From a virus (Duplodnaviria > Heunggongvirae > Uroviricota > Caudoviricetes), in IMG/VR virus record IMGVR_UViG_3300045988_092979, positions 1-25,803 of that record: a stretch of DNA of 25,803 nt. One strand, given 5' to 3'. The translations under genes were made by a program, and so were the position numbers. A model generated the notes under the pieces. It searched no databases. It was not told the origin of the DNA and worked only from the letters and a program-made list of their open reading frames with translations. The first letter of the stretch is position 1, and each line of letters opens with the position of its first letter. Below, piece by piece: positions 16,321 to 24,595 of the stretch.

Positions 16321-17834
16321 CAGTGAAATACTACGCCATTCTGACTAATCAGGGCGCAGCACGGCTGGCTAACGCGACGATGCTCGGCAGTAAGCTGAAT
16401 CTGACGCAAATGGCCGTTGGTGATGCGAATGGTGTCTTGCCGACACCAGACCCGGCACAGACAAAACTGATTAACCAGAAACGCATCGCGCCGCTGAATC
16501 TTCTGAGTGTTGACCCGAACAACCAGAGCCAGATTATTGCGGAGCAAATCATCCCTGAGAACGAGGGCGGATTCTGGATCCGTGAGATTGGGCTTTATGA
16601 TGATGAAGGCGTACTCATTGCGGTGGCGAACTGCCCGGAAACGTACAAACCGCAGTTGCAGGAAGGCAGCGGTCGTACCCAGACTATCCGCATGATTCTG
16701 GTTGTCACGAATACCGAAGCTATCACGCTGAAAATCGACCCGTCGGTGGTACTGGCGACCCGTAAATACGTGGATGATGAAGTCCTGGAATTAAGGCTGT
16801 ATGTGGATGACCAGATGAGAAACCACATTGCCGCACAGGATCCTCATACCCAGTATGCACAGAAACATAATCCGACATTTACCGGAGAACCAAAAGCGCC
16901 GACGCCTGCCGCAGGAAATAACACCACGCGGATTGCGACCACTGAGTTTGTTCAGGCCGCTATTACCGCTCTGATTAACGGTGCGCCAGCCACGCTGGAC
17001 ACACTGAAAGAAATTGCCGCAGCCATTAACAATGACCCGAAATTCAGTACCACCATTAACAATGCGCTGTCAGGTAAGCAGCCACTGGATGAGACGCTGA
17101 CTCATTTGAGTGGGAAGGATGTTGCCGGTCTTCTTGCATACCTTGGTATTAAAGACGCATCAACAACACAGGTGGGTTTAGTCCGGTTAACCTCATCGCG
17201 GGTATCGGGTGCAGAGGATATTGCAGCCACAGCTAATGCTGTCGCGCAAAACTATACGGACATAAAATCTTTGCAAAACAAAACTCAGGATTCAACTACG
17301 ACACAGAAAGGAATTGTTCAACTTACATCATCAAGGGTATCCGAATCTGAAACGCTTGCTGCAACAGCAAAAGCGGCAGCGATGAATTATGCGGATATTG
17401 TAGCTCTGCAAGGCAAGACTAATGATGCAACCACTACAAACAAGGGAATTATCCGCGTATCTGATTCCAGAACATCAACAGAATCTGGTGTTGCTGCATC
17501 ATCACTTGCTGCATCACAAAACTATTCAGATATGAAAGGGTTGTTTGGTCAATGCGGAATGAAATCTAGAAATCTCGGTGTCGTATACACCAACAGCCAG
17601 TCTTTCGCCATATTTGTAAGCGTCAATGCGGTGCTGTCTGACGGTAGTTCATTTCTGAGCGCCAACGTTAATGTGGATGGTAATTCGGCTAATTTTCGCG
17701 GCTCTCAGACAACAAATCTTGCAGGGCAAAGAGCAACTATCGCATTCATGGTTCCTGCCGGTGCGACCTATATTGTGCAGCAGTTTTCAGGAACAGTGTC
17801 AGATGTTACCTGGGTAGAGGTGGATAAAAAATGA
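16317..17834 (+). CDS. H: tail fibre protein H; constant part to 17144, currently expressed variable C-terminal part 17145-17834
   Basis: 505 aa; N-terminal two-thirds in the canonical H position; the distal part contains three tandem ~45-aa repeats and is AT-rich. A hix-like crossover site lies in frame at 17131-17156. Confidence 0.85.
   Translation: MTVKYYAILTNQGAARLANATMLGSKLNLTQMAVGDANGVLPTPDPAQTKLINQKRIAPLNLLSVDPNNQSQIIAEQIIPENEGGFWIREIGLYDDEGVLIAVANCPETYKPQLQEGSGRTQTIRMILVVTNTEAITLKIDPSVVLATRKYVDDEVLELRLYVDDQMRNHIAAQDPHTQYAQKHNPTFTGEPKAPTPAAGNNTTRIATTEFVQAAITALINGAPATLDTLKEIAAAINNDPKFSTTINNALSGKQPLDETLTHLSGKDVAGLLAYLGIKDASTTQVGLVRLTSSRVSGAEDIAATANAVAQNYTDIKSLQNKTQDSTTTQKGIVQLTSSRVSESETLAATAKAAAMNYADIVALQGKTNDATTTNKGIIRVSDSRTSTESGVAASSLAASQNYSDMKGLFGQCGMKSRNLGVVYTNSQSFAIFVSVNAVLSDGSSFLSANVNVDGNSANFRGSQTTNLAGQRATIAFMVPAGATYIVQQFSGTVSDVTWVEVDKK
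17131..17156. other. hix/gix-like 26-bp inversion crossover site (left), inside H
   Basis: TTCTTGCATACC-TT-GGTATTAAAGAC: 12-bp half-sites around a 2-bp core; left half matches the Salmonella hixL half-site TTCTTGAAAACC at 10/12 (from memory). Core TT is complementary to core AA of the right site. Confidence 0.6.
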
Positions 17835-18199
17835 TAACAATGATGAAGTATTACAAAGATGAAAATAACGTCGTATATGCCTACGATGCGTATGGCACAC
17901 AGGATGCTTTTATCAAAGAAGGGCTTGTGCCAATCACCAGAAGTGAGGCTATGGCAATTATTAATCCCCCACCGACTCATGAACAACTCATCCAGGCTGC
18001 TGAAAATGAGCGACAGCGATTACTGTCCGCCGCTGATGCAATTATGCTCGACTGGCGCACAGAGCTGATGCTGGGTGAAATCAGCGATGCCAACAGAGCT
18101 AAACTTTCGGCGTGGCTTTTATATAAGAATCAGGTTAAGGCTGTTGATGTAACAACCGACCCTGAGCATGTTAACTGGCCTGTCATCCCGGAACTTTAG
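17831..18199 (+). CDS. G: tail fibre assembly chaperone (Tfa)
   Basis: 122 aa immediately after H with ATGA overlap; ends in a WPxxP-type motif (NWPVIPEL) typical of Tfa proteins. AT-rich. Confidence 0.7.
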   Translation: MITMMKYYKDENNVVYAYDAYGTQDAFIKEGLVPITRSEAMAIINPPPTHEQLIQAAENERQRLLSAADAIMLDWRTELMLGEISDANRAKLSAWLLYKNQVKAVDVTTDPEHVNWPVIPEL

Positions 18200-18205
18200 A
18201 CCATA

Positions 18206-18250
18206 CTGGTCTTGCTACATCAATGCGCATCAGCAAGACCAGCTATTTTC
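18206..18250 (+). terminator. stem-loop/terminator after the tail-fibre assembly gene
   Basis: 11-bp perfect inverted repeat CTGGTCTTGCT / AGCAAGACCAG (18206-18216 and 18232-18242) with a 15-nt loop, followed by CTATTTTC. Confidence 0.5.
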
Positions 18251-18301
18251 AAACTAAGCAACATAGCCCTCCGCTACTCCTCCTGTTCGAAACGAACGTT
18301 T

Positions 18302-18733
18302 TCATGCCGCCCTTACGATATAATTAAACGCAATGTTACGAGGACGAATGGTTACATAATTAACCCCATCACCTCGTGAAGGCCCTGCAAATGAAAAACG
18401 GGAAAATCCTGGTTGGTTAGAAACAATTTGGTCATAGTTATTGATTGAATGACCAGACCCAATGTCGAAATTACCTCCGTAATGAGAAAAACTTGTACCA
18501 TCCTGCCCTGAAAGCAGGGTACGTCCCGCATCAATCCCGCGCCCATCATCCCAGCCACGGATAAATTCACCGCGTAAATCCGGTAATTTATTGGTGGGGT
18601 AGGCTTTTGCCAGTTTGGGATACATTTCAGAAGAAAATGCTGCACCATTGCATTTTAGCCAGCCCGTTGGTGGTGTTTCTAAGGGCCACGGAACGGGCAC
18701 ACCAACAGGCAGTGCAGAGCCTTCCCCCAAACC
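18302..18733 (-). CDS. silent, start-less alternative tail-fibre C-terminal cassette in inverted orientation
   Basis: Translation (…GWLKCNGAAFSSEMYPKLAKAYPTNKLPDLRGEFIRGWDDGRGID…) is a classic P2 H / Mu S-type fibre C-terminus. Its 5' end coincides with the right crossover site, so the track ATG at 18775 is not a real start. Confidence 0.7.
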   Translation of the reverse strand, partial: GLGEGSALPVGVPVPWPLETPPTGWLKCNGAAFSSEMYPKLAKAYPTNKLPDLRGEFIRGWDDGRGIDAGRTLLSGQDGTSFSHYGGNFDIGSGHSINNYDQIVSNQPGFSRFSFAGPSRGDGVNYVTIRPRNIAFNYIVRAA

Positions 18734-18747
18734 AACGTTTATGAAAA
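18722..18747. other. hix/gix-like 26-bp inversion crossover site (right)
   Basis: TTCCCCCAAACC-AA-CGTTTATGAAAA: 19/26 identity to hixL TTCTTGAAAACCAAGGTTTTTGATAA (from memory), conserved AAACC..GTTT inner positions, 56 bp upstream of the invertase start. Confidence 0.6.
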
Positions 18748-18802
18748 TGCAGAGACAACGGGTAACTGGCATCATCTCCGGTTTTTATTCAGGGGGATGC
18801 TC

Positions 18803-19396
18803 ATGCTTATTGGCTATGTACGCGTGTCAACAAATGACCAGAACACGGAATTGCAGCGTAACGCGCTGGAGTGCGCAGGATGTGAGCTGATTTTTGAGGA
18901 TAAAATCAGCGGCACTAAGTCCGACCGACCGGGACTGAAAAAACTGCTCAGGACATTATCGGAGGGGGATACACTGGTGGTCTGGAAGCTGGACAGGCTG
19001 GGGCGTAGTATGCGGCATCTGGTCATTCTGGTTGAGGAGCTGCGCGAACGCGGCGTTAATTTTCGCAGCCTGACGGATGCTATTGATACCAGCACGCCGA
19101 TGGGGCGTTTTTTCTTTCATGTGATGGGTGCCCTGGCTGAAATGGAACGAGAACTCATTGTCGAGCGGACACGCGCCGGACTGGAAGCGACCAGAGCTAA
19201 AGGTCGTATTGGTGGCAGACGTCCGAAGCTCACCGCGAGTGAGTGGGAACAGGCAGGACGGTTGCTGGCTGCGGGTGAATCACGTCAACGCGTGGCGCTG
19301 ATTTTTGATATTGGCCTGTCCACGCTCTATAAAAAATTCCCCTCATCAGCGACAAAGAATAAATTGTGTCATCCCTTAGCCAACCGGGACAAATAG
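18803..19396 (+). CDS. site-specific DNA invertase, serine recombinase of the Hin/Gin/Cin/Pin family
   Basis: N-terminus MLIGYVRVSTNDQ with the catalytic serine, and near colinear similarity to Gin as I recall it (…LVVWKLDRLGRSM…GRFFFHVMGALAEMERELI…GRIGGRRPKL…). GGGGG RBS upstream; the track ORF starts two codons earlier. Confidence 0.9.
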   Translation: MLIGYVRVSTNDQNTELQRNALECAGCELIFEDKISGTKSDRPGLKKLLRTLSEGDTLVVWKLDRLGRSMRHLVILVEELRERGVNFRSLTDAIDTSTPMGRFFFHVMGALAEMERELIVERTRAGLEATRAKGRIGGRRPKLTASEWEQAGRLLAAGESRQRVALIFDIGLSTLYKKFPSSATKNKLCHPLANRDK

Positions 19397-19455
19397 CCTG
19401 ACATCTCCGGCACAACTGAAAATATCACTCACCCATTAACCACGGAGTTAAACGG
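19397..19455 (+). promoter_or_regulatory. late promoter region upstream of FI
   Basis: Intergenic gap at the position of the P2 PF late promoter; elements not verified. Confidence 0.4.
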
Positions 19456-20646
19456 ATGAGTGACTATCATCACGGCGTGCAGGTGCTGGAGATTAACGAC
19501 GGCACCCGTGTCATTTCCACCGTATCCACTGCCATTGTTGGCATGGTCTGCACGGCCAGCGATGCGGATGCGGAAACCTTCCCCCTCAATAAACCGGTGC
19601 TGATTACCAATGTGCAGAGCGCAATTGCAAAGGCCGGTAAAAAAGGCACGCTGGCGGCATCGTTGCAGGCTATCGCCGACCAGTCAAAACCGGTCACCGT
19701 TGTTGTGCGCGTGGAGGACGGCACCGGCGACGACGAAGAAACGAAACTTGCGCAGACCGTTTCCAATATCATCGGCACCACTGACGAAAACGGTCAGTAC
19801 ACCGGACTGAAAGCCCTGCTGGCGGCAGAGTCGGTAACCGGTGTTAAACCGCGTATTCTTGGTGTGCCGGGACTGGATACCAAAGAGGTGGCTGTAGCAC
19901 TGGCATCAGTCTGTCAGAAGCTGCGCGCTTTCGGGTATATCAGCGCATGGGGCTGTAAGACCATTTCCGAGGTGAAAGCCTACCGCCAGAATTTCAGCCA
20001 GCGTGAGCTGATGGTCATCTGGCCGGATTTCCTCGCATGGGATACGGTCACCAGTACCACCGCCACCGCGTATGCCACCGCTCGTGCGCTGGGGCTGCGC
20101 GCTAAAATCGACCAGGAGCAGGGCTGGCATAAAACGCTGTCCAACGTCGGGGTGAACGGTGTTACCGGCATCAGCGCATCTGTATTCTGGGATTTGCAGG
20201 AGTCCGGCACCGATGCTGACCTGCTTAACGAGTCAGGCGTCACTACGCTGATTCGCCGCGACGGTTTCCGCTTCTGGGGTAACCGTACCTGCTCTGATGA
20301 CCCGCTGTTCCTCTTTGAAAACTACACCCGCACCGCGCAGGTGCTGGCCGACACGATGGCTGAGGCGCACATGTGGGCGGTGGACAAGCCCATCACCGCA
20401 ACGCTGATTCGCGACATCGTTGACGGCATCAATGCCAAATTCCGTGAGCTGAAAACAAACGGCTATATCGTGGATGCGACCTGCTGGTTCAGCGAAGAAT
20501 CCAACGATGCGGAAACCCTCAAGGCCGGAAAACTGTATATCGACTACGACTATACACCGGTGCCTCCTCTTGAAAACCTGACCCTGCGCCAGCGTATTAC
20601 CGATAAATACCTGGCAAATCTGGTCACCTCGGTTAACAGCAATTAA
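19456..20646 (+). CDS. FI: tail sheath protein
   Basis: 396 aa as P2 gpFI. Confidence 0.9.
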   Translation: MSDYHHGVQVLEINDGTRVISTVSTAIVGMVCTASDADAETFPLNKPVLITNVQSAIAKAGKKGTLAASLQAIADQSKPVTVVVRVEDGTGDDEETKLAQTVSNIIGTTDENGQYTGLKALLAAESVTGVKPRILGVPGLDTKEVAVALASVCQKLRAFGYISAWGCKTISEVKAYRQNFSQRELMVIWPDFLAWDTVTSTTATAYATARALGLRAKIDQEQGWHKTLSNVGVNGVTGISASVFWDLQESGTDADLLNESGVTTLIRRDGFRFWGNRTCSDDPLFLFENYTRTAQVLADTMAEAHMWAVDKPITATLIRDIVDGINAKFRELKTNGYIVDATCWFSEESNDAETLKAGKLYIDYDYTPVPPLENLTLRQRITDKYLANLVTSVNSN

Positions 20647-20658
20647 GGAGCCTGACCG

Positions 20659-21177
20659 ATGGCAATGCCGCGCAAACTCAAGTTAATGAACGTCTTTCTG
20701 AACGGCTACAGCTATCAGGGCGTCGCGAAGTCCGTCACGCTGCCAAAACTGACCCGTAAGCTCGAAAACTATCGCGGTGCGGGGATGAACGGCAGCGCAC
20801 CGGTAGACCTCGGCCTTGATGACGATGCGCTGTCAATGGAGTGGTCGCTCGGGGGCTTCCCGGATTCGGTTATCTGGGAGCTTTACGCCGCAACCGGTGT
20901 GGATGCCGTACCGATTCGTTTTGCAGGCTCTTACCAGCGCGACGATACCGGCGAAACGGTGGCCGTCGAGGTGGTCATGCGTGGCCGTCAGAAAGAAATC
21001 GACACCGGCGAGGGTAAACAGGGAGAAGACACCGAGTCGAAAATCTCCGTGGTCTGCACCTATTTCCGGCTGACGATGGACGGTAAGGAGCTGGTCGAAA
21101 TCGACACCATCAACATGATTGAGAAGGTGAACGGCGTCGACCGGCTGGAGCAACACCGCCGCAATATCGGCCTGTGA
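20659..21177 (+). CDS. FII: tail tube protein
   Basis: 172 aa as P2 gpFII; AAGGAG RBS upstream. Confidence 0.9.
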   Translation: MAMPRKLKLMNVFLNGYSYQGVAKSVTLPKLTRKLENYRGAGMNGSAPVDLGLDDDALSMEWSLGGFPDSVIWELYAATGVDAVPIRFAGSYQRDDTGETVAVEVVMRGRQKEIDTGEGKQGEDTESKISVVCTYFRLTMDGKELVEIDTINMIEKVNGVDRLEQHRRNIGL

Positions 21178-21184
21178 TTTTCAT

Positions 21185-21205
21185 CCGGTCAGCCTGGCTG
21201 ACCGG
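21185..21205. other. perfect 9-bp inverted repeat (hairpin) between FII and E
   Basis: CCGGTCAGC-CTG-GCTGACCGG; no following T-run, so probably not a strong terminator. Confidence 0.4.
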
Positions 21206-21233
21206 TTAACCCCGATTCAGAAGTGAGAAAACC

Positions 21234-21509
21234 ATGAACAAAGAAAACGTCATTACCCTGGATAATCCGGTTAAACGTGGTGAACAGGTTATCGAACAGG
21301 TCACGCTGATGAAACCCAATGCCGGGACGCTGCGCGGTGTCAGTCTGGCTGCGGTCGCAAACTCCGAAGTCGATGCACTGATTAAAGTGCTGCCGCGCAT
21401 GACGGCACCGATGCTGACCGAGCAGGAGATCGCCGCGCTGGAACTGCCTGACCTTGTGGCGCTGGCCGGTAAGGTGGTCGGTTTTTTGTCGCCGAACTCG
21501 GTGCAGTGA
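21234..21509 (+). CDS. E: tail assembly chaperone E
   Basis: 91 aa; contains the slippery run near its 3' end. Confidence 0.85.
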   Translation: MNKENVITLDNPVKRGEQVIEQVTLMKPNAGTLRGVSLAAVANSEVDALIKVLPRMTAPMLTEQEIAALELPDLVALAGKVVGFLSPNSVQ

Positions 21510-21661
21510 CGTTTCCGAAAAATCTCTCGGTCGATGACCTGATGGCGGATGTGGCAGTGATATTTCACTGGCCGCCATCAGAACTGTATCCCATGAGCCT
21601 GACCGAACTCATCACATGGCGCGAAAAGGCGCTCCGGCGAAGCGGAAACACGAATGAGTAA
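21234..21661 (+). CDS. E+E': tail assembly chaperone E+E' produced by programmed -1 frameshift
   Basis: Slippery heptamer TTTTTTG at 21482-21488. The -1 frame reads on as FFVAELGAVTFPKNLSVDDLMADVAVIFHWPPSELYPMSLTELITWREKALRRSGNTNE to TAA at 21659-21661, overlapping the start of T. Confidence 0.75.
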
Positions 21662-24101
21662 CAATGTAAAATTACAGGTATTGCTCAGGGCTGTTGACCA
21701 GGCATCCCGCCCGTTTAAATCCATCCGCACAGCGAGCAAGTCGCTGTCGGGGGATATCCGGGAAACACAAAAATCACTGCGCGAGCTGAACGGTCAGGCA
21801 TCCCGTATTGAGGGATTCCGCAAGACCAGTGCACAGCTCGCCGTGACTGGTCATGCACTTGAAAAGGCTCGGCAGGAAGCCGAAGCCCTTGCCACACAGT
21901 TTAAAAACACCGAACGTCCGACCCGTGCTCAGGCGAAAGTGCTGGAATCCGCAAAGCGTGCGGCGGAGGACTTACAGGCGAAATATAACCGCCTGACGGA
22001 TTCCGTTAAACGCCAGCAGCGGGAACTGGCCGCTGTGGGAATTAATACCCGCAATCTTGCACATGATGAGCAGGGACTGAAAAACCGTATCAGTGAAACC
22101 ACCGCACAGCTTAACCGTCAGCGCGACGCGCTGGCGCGTGTCAGTGCGCAACAGGCAAAACTTAACGCAGTCAAACAGCGTTATCAGGCCGGAAAGGAGC
22201 TGGCCGGAAATATGGTCTCGGTGGGCGCTGCCGGTGTGGGGATTGCTGCTGCGGGAACGATGGCCGGAGTTAAGCTGCTGATGCCCGGTTATGAGTTTGC
22301 GCAGAAAAACTCAGAATTGCAGGCTGTGCTGGGAGTGGCAAAAGACTCCGCCGAAATGACCGCACTCCGCAAGCAGGCGCGCCAGCTCGGCGACAATACC
22401 GCAGCCTCGGCAGATGATGCAGCCGGTGCACAGATTATCATTGCGAAAGCCGGTGGGGATGTTGATGCCATTCAGGCGGCAACGCCGGTCACGCTGAATA
22501 TGGCGCTGGCGAACCGCCGCACGATGGAAGAAAACGCCGCCCTGCTGATGGGGATGAAATCCGCCTTTCAGCTTTCAAACGATAAGGTCGCTCATATCGG
22601 GGATGTTCTCTCCATGACGATGAACAAAACCGCCGCCGATTTTGACGGCATGAGCGATGCGCTGACCTATGCCGCACCTGTGGCAAAAAATGCCGGTGTC
22701 AGCATTGAAGAAACCGCCGCAATGGTCGGGGCGCTGCATGATGCAAAAATCACAGGCTCAATGGCGGGGACGGGAAGCCGTGCCGTGTTAAGCCGCCTGC
22801 AGGCACCGACGGGAAAAGCATGGGATGCACTCAAAGAGCTTGGAGTGAAAACCTCAGACAGCAAGGGAAACACCCGGCCAATATTTACCATTCTGAAAGA
22901 AATGCAGGCCAGTTTTGAGAAAAACCGGCTCGGTACTGCCCAGCAGGCTGAATACATGAAAACCATTTTCGGGGAGGAGGCCAGCTCAGCCGCCGCTGTG
23001 CTGATGACTGCCGCCTCAACCGGAAAGCTGGACAAACTGACCGCTGCGTTTAAAGCCTCAGACGGGAAGACCGCAGAGCTGGTAAATATCATGCAGGACA
23101 ACCTCGGCGGTGACTTTAAGGAGTTTCAGTCCGCTTATGAGGCGGTGGGGACTGACCTGTTTGACCAGCAGGAAGGCGCACTGCGTAATCTCACGCAGAC
23201 GGCCACAAAGTATGTGTTAAAACTCGACGGCTGGATCCAGAAAAACAAATCACTGGCGTCAACCATCGGCATCATTGTCGGTGGTGCACTGGCACTGATT
23301 GGTGTCATCGGTGCCATTGGCCTCGTAGCCTGGCCGGTTATCACCGGCATCAATGCCATCATCGCGGCAGCAGGCGCAATGGGGGCAATCTTCACGACGG
23401 TTGGCAGTGCTGTTATAACCGCCATCGGGGCGATTAGCTGGCCGGTTGTGGCCGTGGTGGCCGCCATTGTCGCCGGGGCGTTGCTTATCCGTAAATACTG
23501 GGAGCCTGTCAGCGCATTCTTTGGCGGTGTGGTGGAAGGGCTGAAAGCGGCATTTGCGCCGGTGGGGGAACTGTTCGCGCCACTTAAACCGGTGTTTGAC
23601 TGGCTGGGTGAAAAGTTACAGGCCGCGTGGCAGTGGTTTAAAAACCTGATTGCCCCGGTCAAAGCCACCCAGGACACCCTGAACCGTTGCCGTGACACGG
23701 GCGTCATGTTCGGGCAGGCACTGGCTGACGCGCTGATGCTGCCGCTTAATGCGTTCAACAAACTGCGCAGTGGTATTGACTGGGTACTGGAAAAACTCGG
23801 TGTTATCAACAAAGAGTCAGACACACTTGACCAGACCGCCGCCAGAACTCAAGCCGCCACGTATGGCAGCGGTGGTTATATTCCGGCGACCAGCTCTTAT
23901 GCAGGTTATCAGGCTTATCAGCCAGTCACGGCACCGGCTGGCCGCTCTTATGTAGACCAGAGTAAAAACGAATATCACATCAGCCTGACGGGTGGTACTG
24001 CGCCGGGGACACAGCTCGACCGCCAGTTACAGGATGCGCTCGAAAAATACGAGCGGGATAAACGTGCGCGCGCCCGTGCCAGCATGATGCATGACGGTTA
24101 A
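21654..24101 (+). CDS. T: tail tape measure protein
   Basis: 815 aa; coiled-coil N-terminus, glycine/alanine-rich hydrophobic segment in the middle; position after E/E'. Confidence 0.9.
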   Translation: MSNNVKLQVLLRAVDQASRPFKSIRTASKSLSGDIRETQKSLRELNGQASRIEGFRKTSAQLAVTGHALEKARQEAEALATQFKNTERPTRAQAKVLESAKRAAEDLQAKYNRLTDSVKRQQRELAAVGINTRNLAHDEQGLKNRISETTAQLNRQRDALARVSAQQAKLNAVKQRYQAGKELAGNMVSVGAAGVGIAAAGTMAGVKLLMPGYEFAQKNSELQAVLGVAKDSAEMTALRKQARQLGDNTAASADDAAGAQIIIAKAGGDVDAIQAATPVTLNMALANRRTMEENAALLMGMKSAFQLSNDKVAHIGDVLSMTMNKTAADFDGMSDALTYAAPVAKNAGVSIEETAAMVGALHDAKITGSMAGTGSRAVLSRLQAPTGKAWDALKELGVKTSDSKGNTRPIFTILKEMQASFEKNRLGTAQQAEYMKTIFGEEASSAAAVLMTAASTGKLDKLTAAFKASDGKTAELVNIMQDNLGGDFKEFQSAYEAVGTDLFDQQEGALRNLTQTATKYVLKLDGWIQKNKSLASTIGIIVGGALALIGVIGAIGLVAWPVITGINAIIAAAGAMGAIFTTVGSAVITAIGAISWPVVAVVAAIVAGALLIRKYWEPVSAFFGGVVEGLKAAFAPVGELFAPLKPVFDWLGEKLQAAWQWFKNLIAPVKATQDTLNRCRDTGVMFGQALADALMLPLNAFNKLRSGIDWVLEKLGVINKESDTLDQTAARTQAATYGSGGYIPATSSYAGYQAYQPVTAPAGRSYVDQSKNEYHISLTGGTAPGTQLDRQLQDALEKYERDKRARARASMMHDG

Positions 24102-24115
24102 GGAGGTGACGAAAA

Positions 24116-24595
24116 ATGATGCTCGCGTTAGGTATGTTTGTTTTTATGCGCCAGACGCTGCCACACCAGACCATGCAGCGTGAATCAGATTATCGCTGGC
24201 CGTCAAATTCCCGTATCGGTAAACGGGACGCTTTTCAGTTTCTCGGTGTGGGTGAGGAAAACATCACGCTTGCCGGTGTGCTTTATCCCGAACTGACCGG
24301 CGGCAAGCTGACGATGACCACGCTCAGGCTGATGGCAGAGGAGGGGCGGGCGTGGCCGTTGCTGGATGGCACCGGCATGATTTACGGCATGTATGTCATC
24401 AGCAAGGTGAGTGAAACAGGGAGTATTTTCTTTGCAGACGGCACACCCCGGAAAATTGATTTTACGCTGTCGCTCACCCGCGTTGATGAATCACTGGCCG
24501 CGCTTTATGGCGATATCGGTAAACAGGCGGAATCGCTCATCGGTAAGGCTGGCAGTATGGCGACTAAATTCACGGGTATGACGGGGGCGGGATAA
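24116..24595 (+). CDS. U: tail protein U
   Basis: 159 aa as P2 gpU; GGAGGTGA RBS. Confidence 0.85.
   Translation: MMLALGMFVFMRQTLPHQTMQRESDYRWPSNSRIGKRDAFQFLGVGEENITLAGVLYPELTGGKLTMTTLRLMAEEGRAWPLLDGTGMIYGMYVISKVSETGSIFFADGTPRKIDFTLSLTRVDESLAALYGDIGKQAESLIGKAGSMATKFTGMTGAG

Larger units (their letters stand above)
17145..18733. other. invertible DNA segment (about 1.59 kb) controlling tail-fibre C-terminus choice
   Basis: Bounded by two hix/gix-like sites in inverted orientation with complementary cores; adjacent serine invertase; inversion preserves the H reading frame. Confidence 0.65.

Noticed and set aside
17157-17552. Possibility that the tandem repeats in H are a CRISPR-like or satellite repeat array
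   Set aside because: The repeats are protein-coding, in frame, about 135 nt long and diverged at nucleotide level, with no spacer/repeat alternation; they are structural repeats of the fibre shaft.
18302-18775. Full 157-aa minus-strand ORF starting at ATG 18775
   Set aside because: The first 14 codons lie outside or across the right inversion site. The real unit is a start-less C-terminal cassette (18302-18733) expressed only after fusion to H, so the ATG at 18775 is not treated as a genuine start.
18615-18890. 91-aa plus-strand ORF bridging the silent cassette and the invertase start
   Set aside because: Out of frame with, and overlapping, the clearly recognisable invertase N-terminus (MLIGYVRVSTNDQ); no motif content.
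22667-23824. Minus-strand ORFs of 144 and 229 aa inside the tape measure gene
   Set aside because: Antisense to T, Ala/Ser-rich low-complexity translations, no independent start context.
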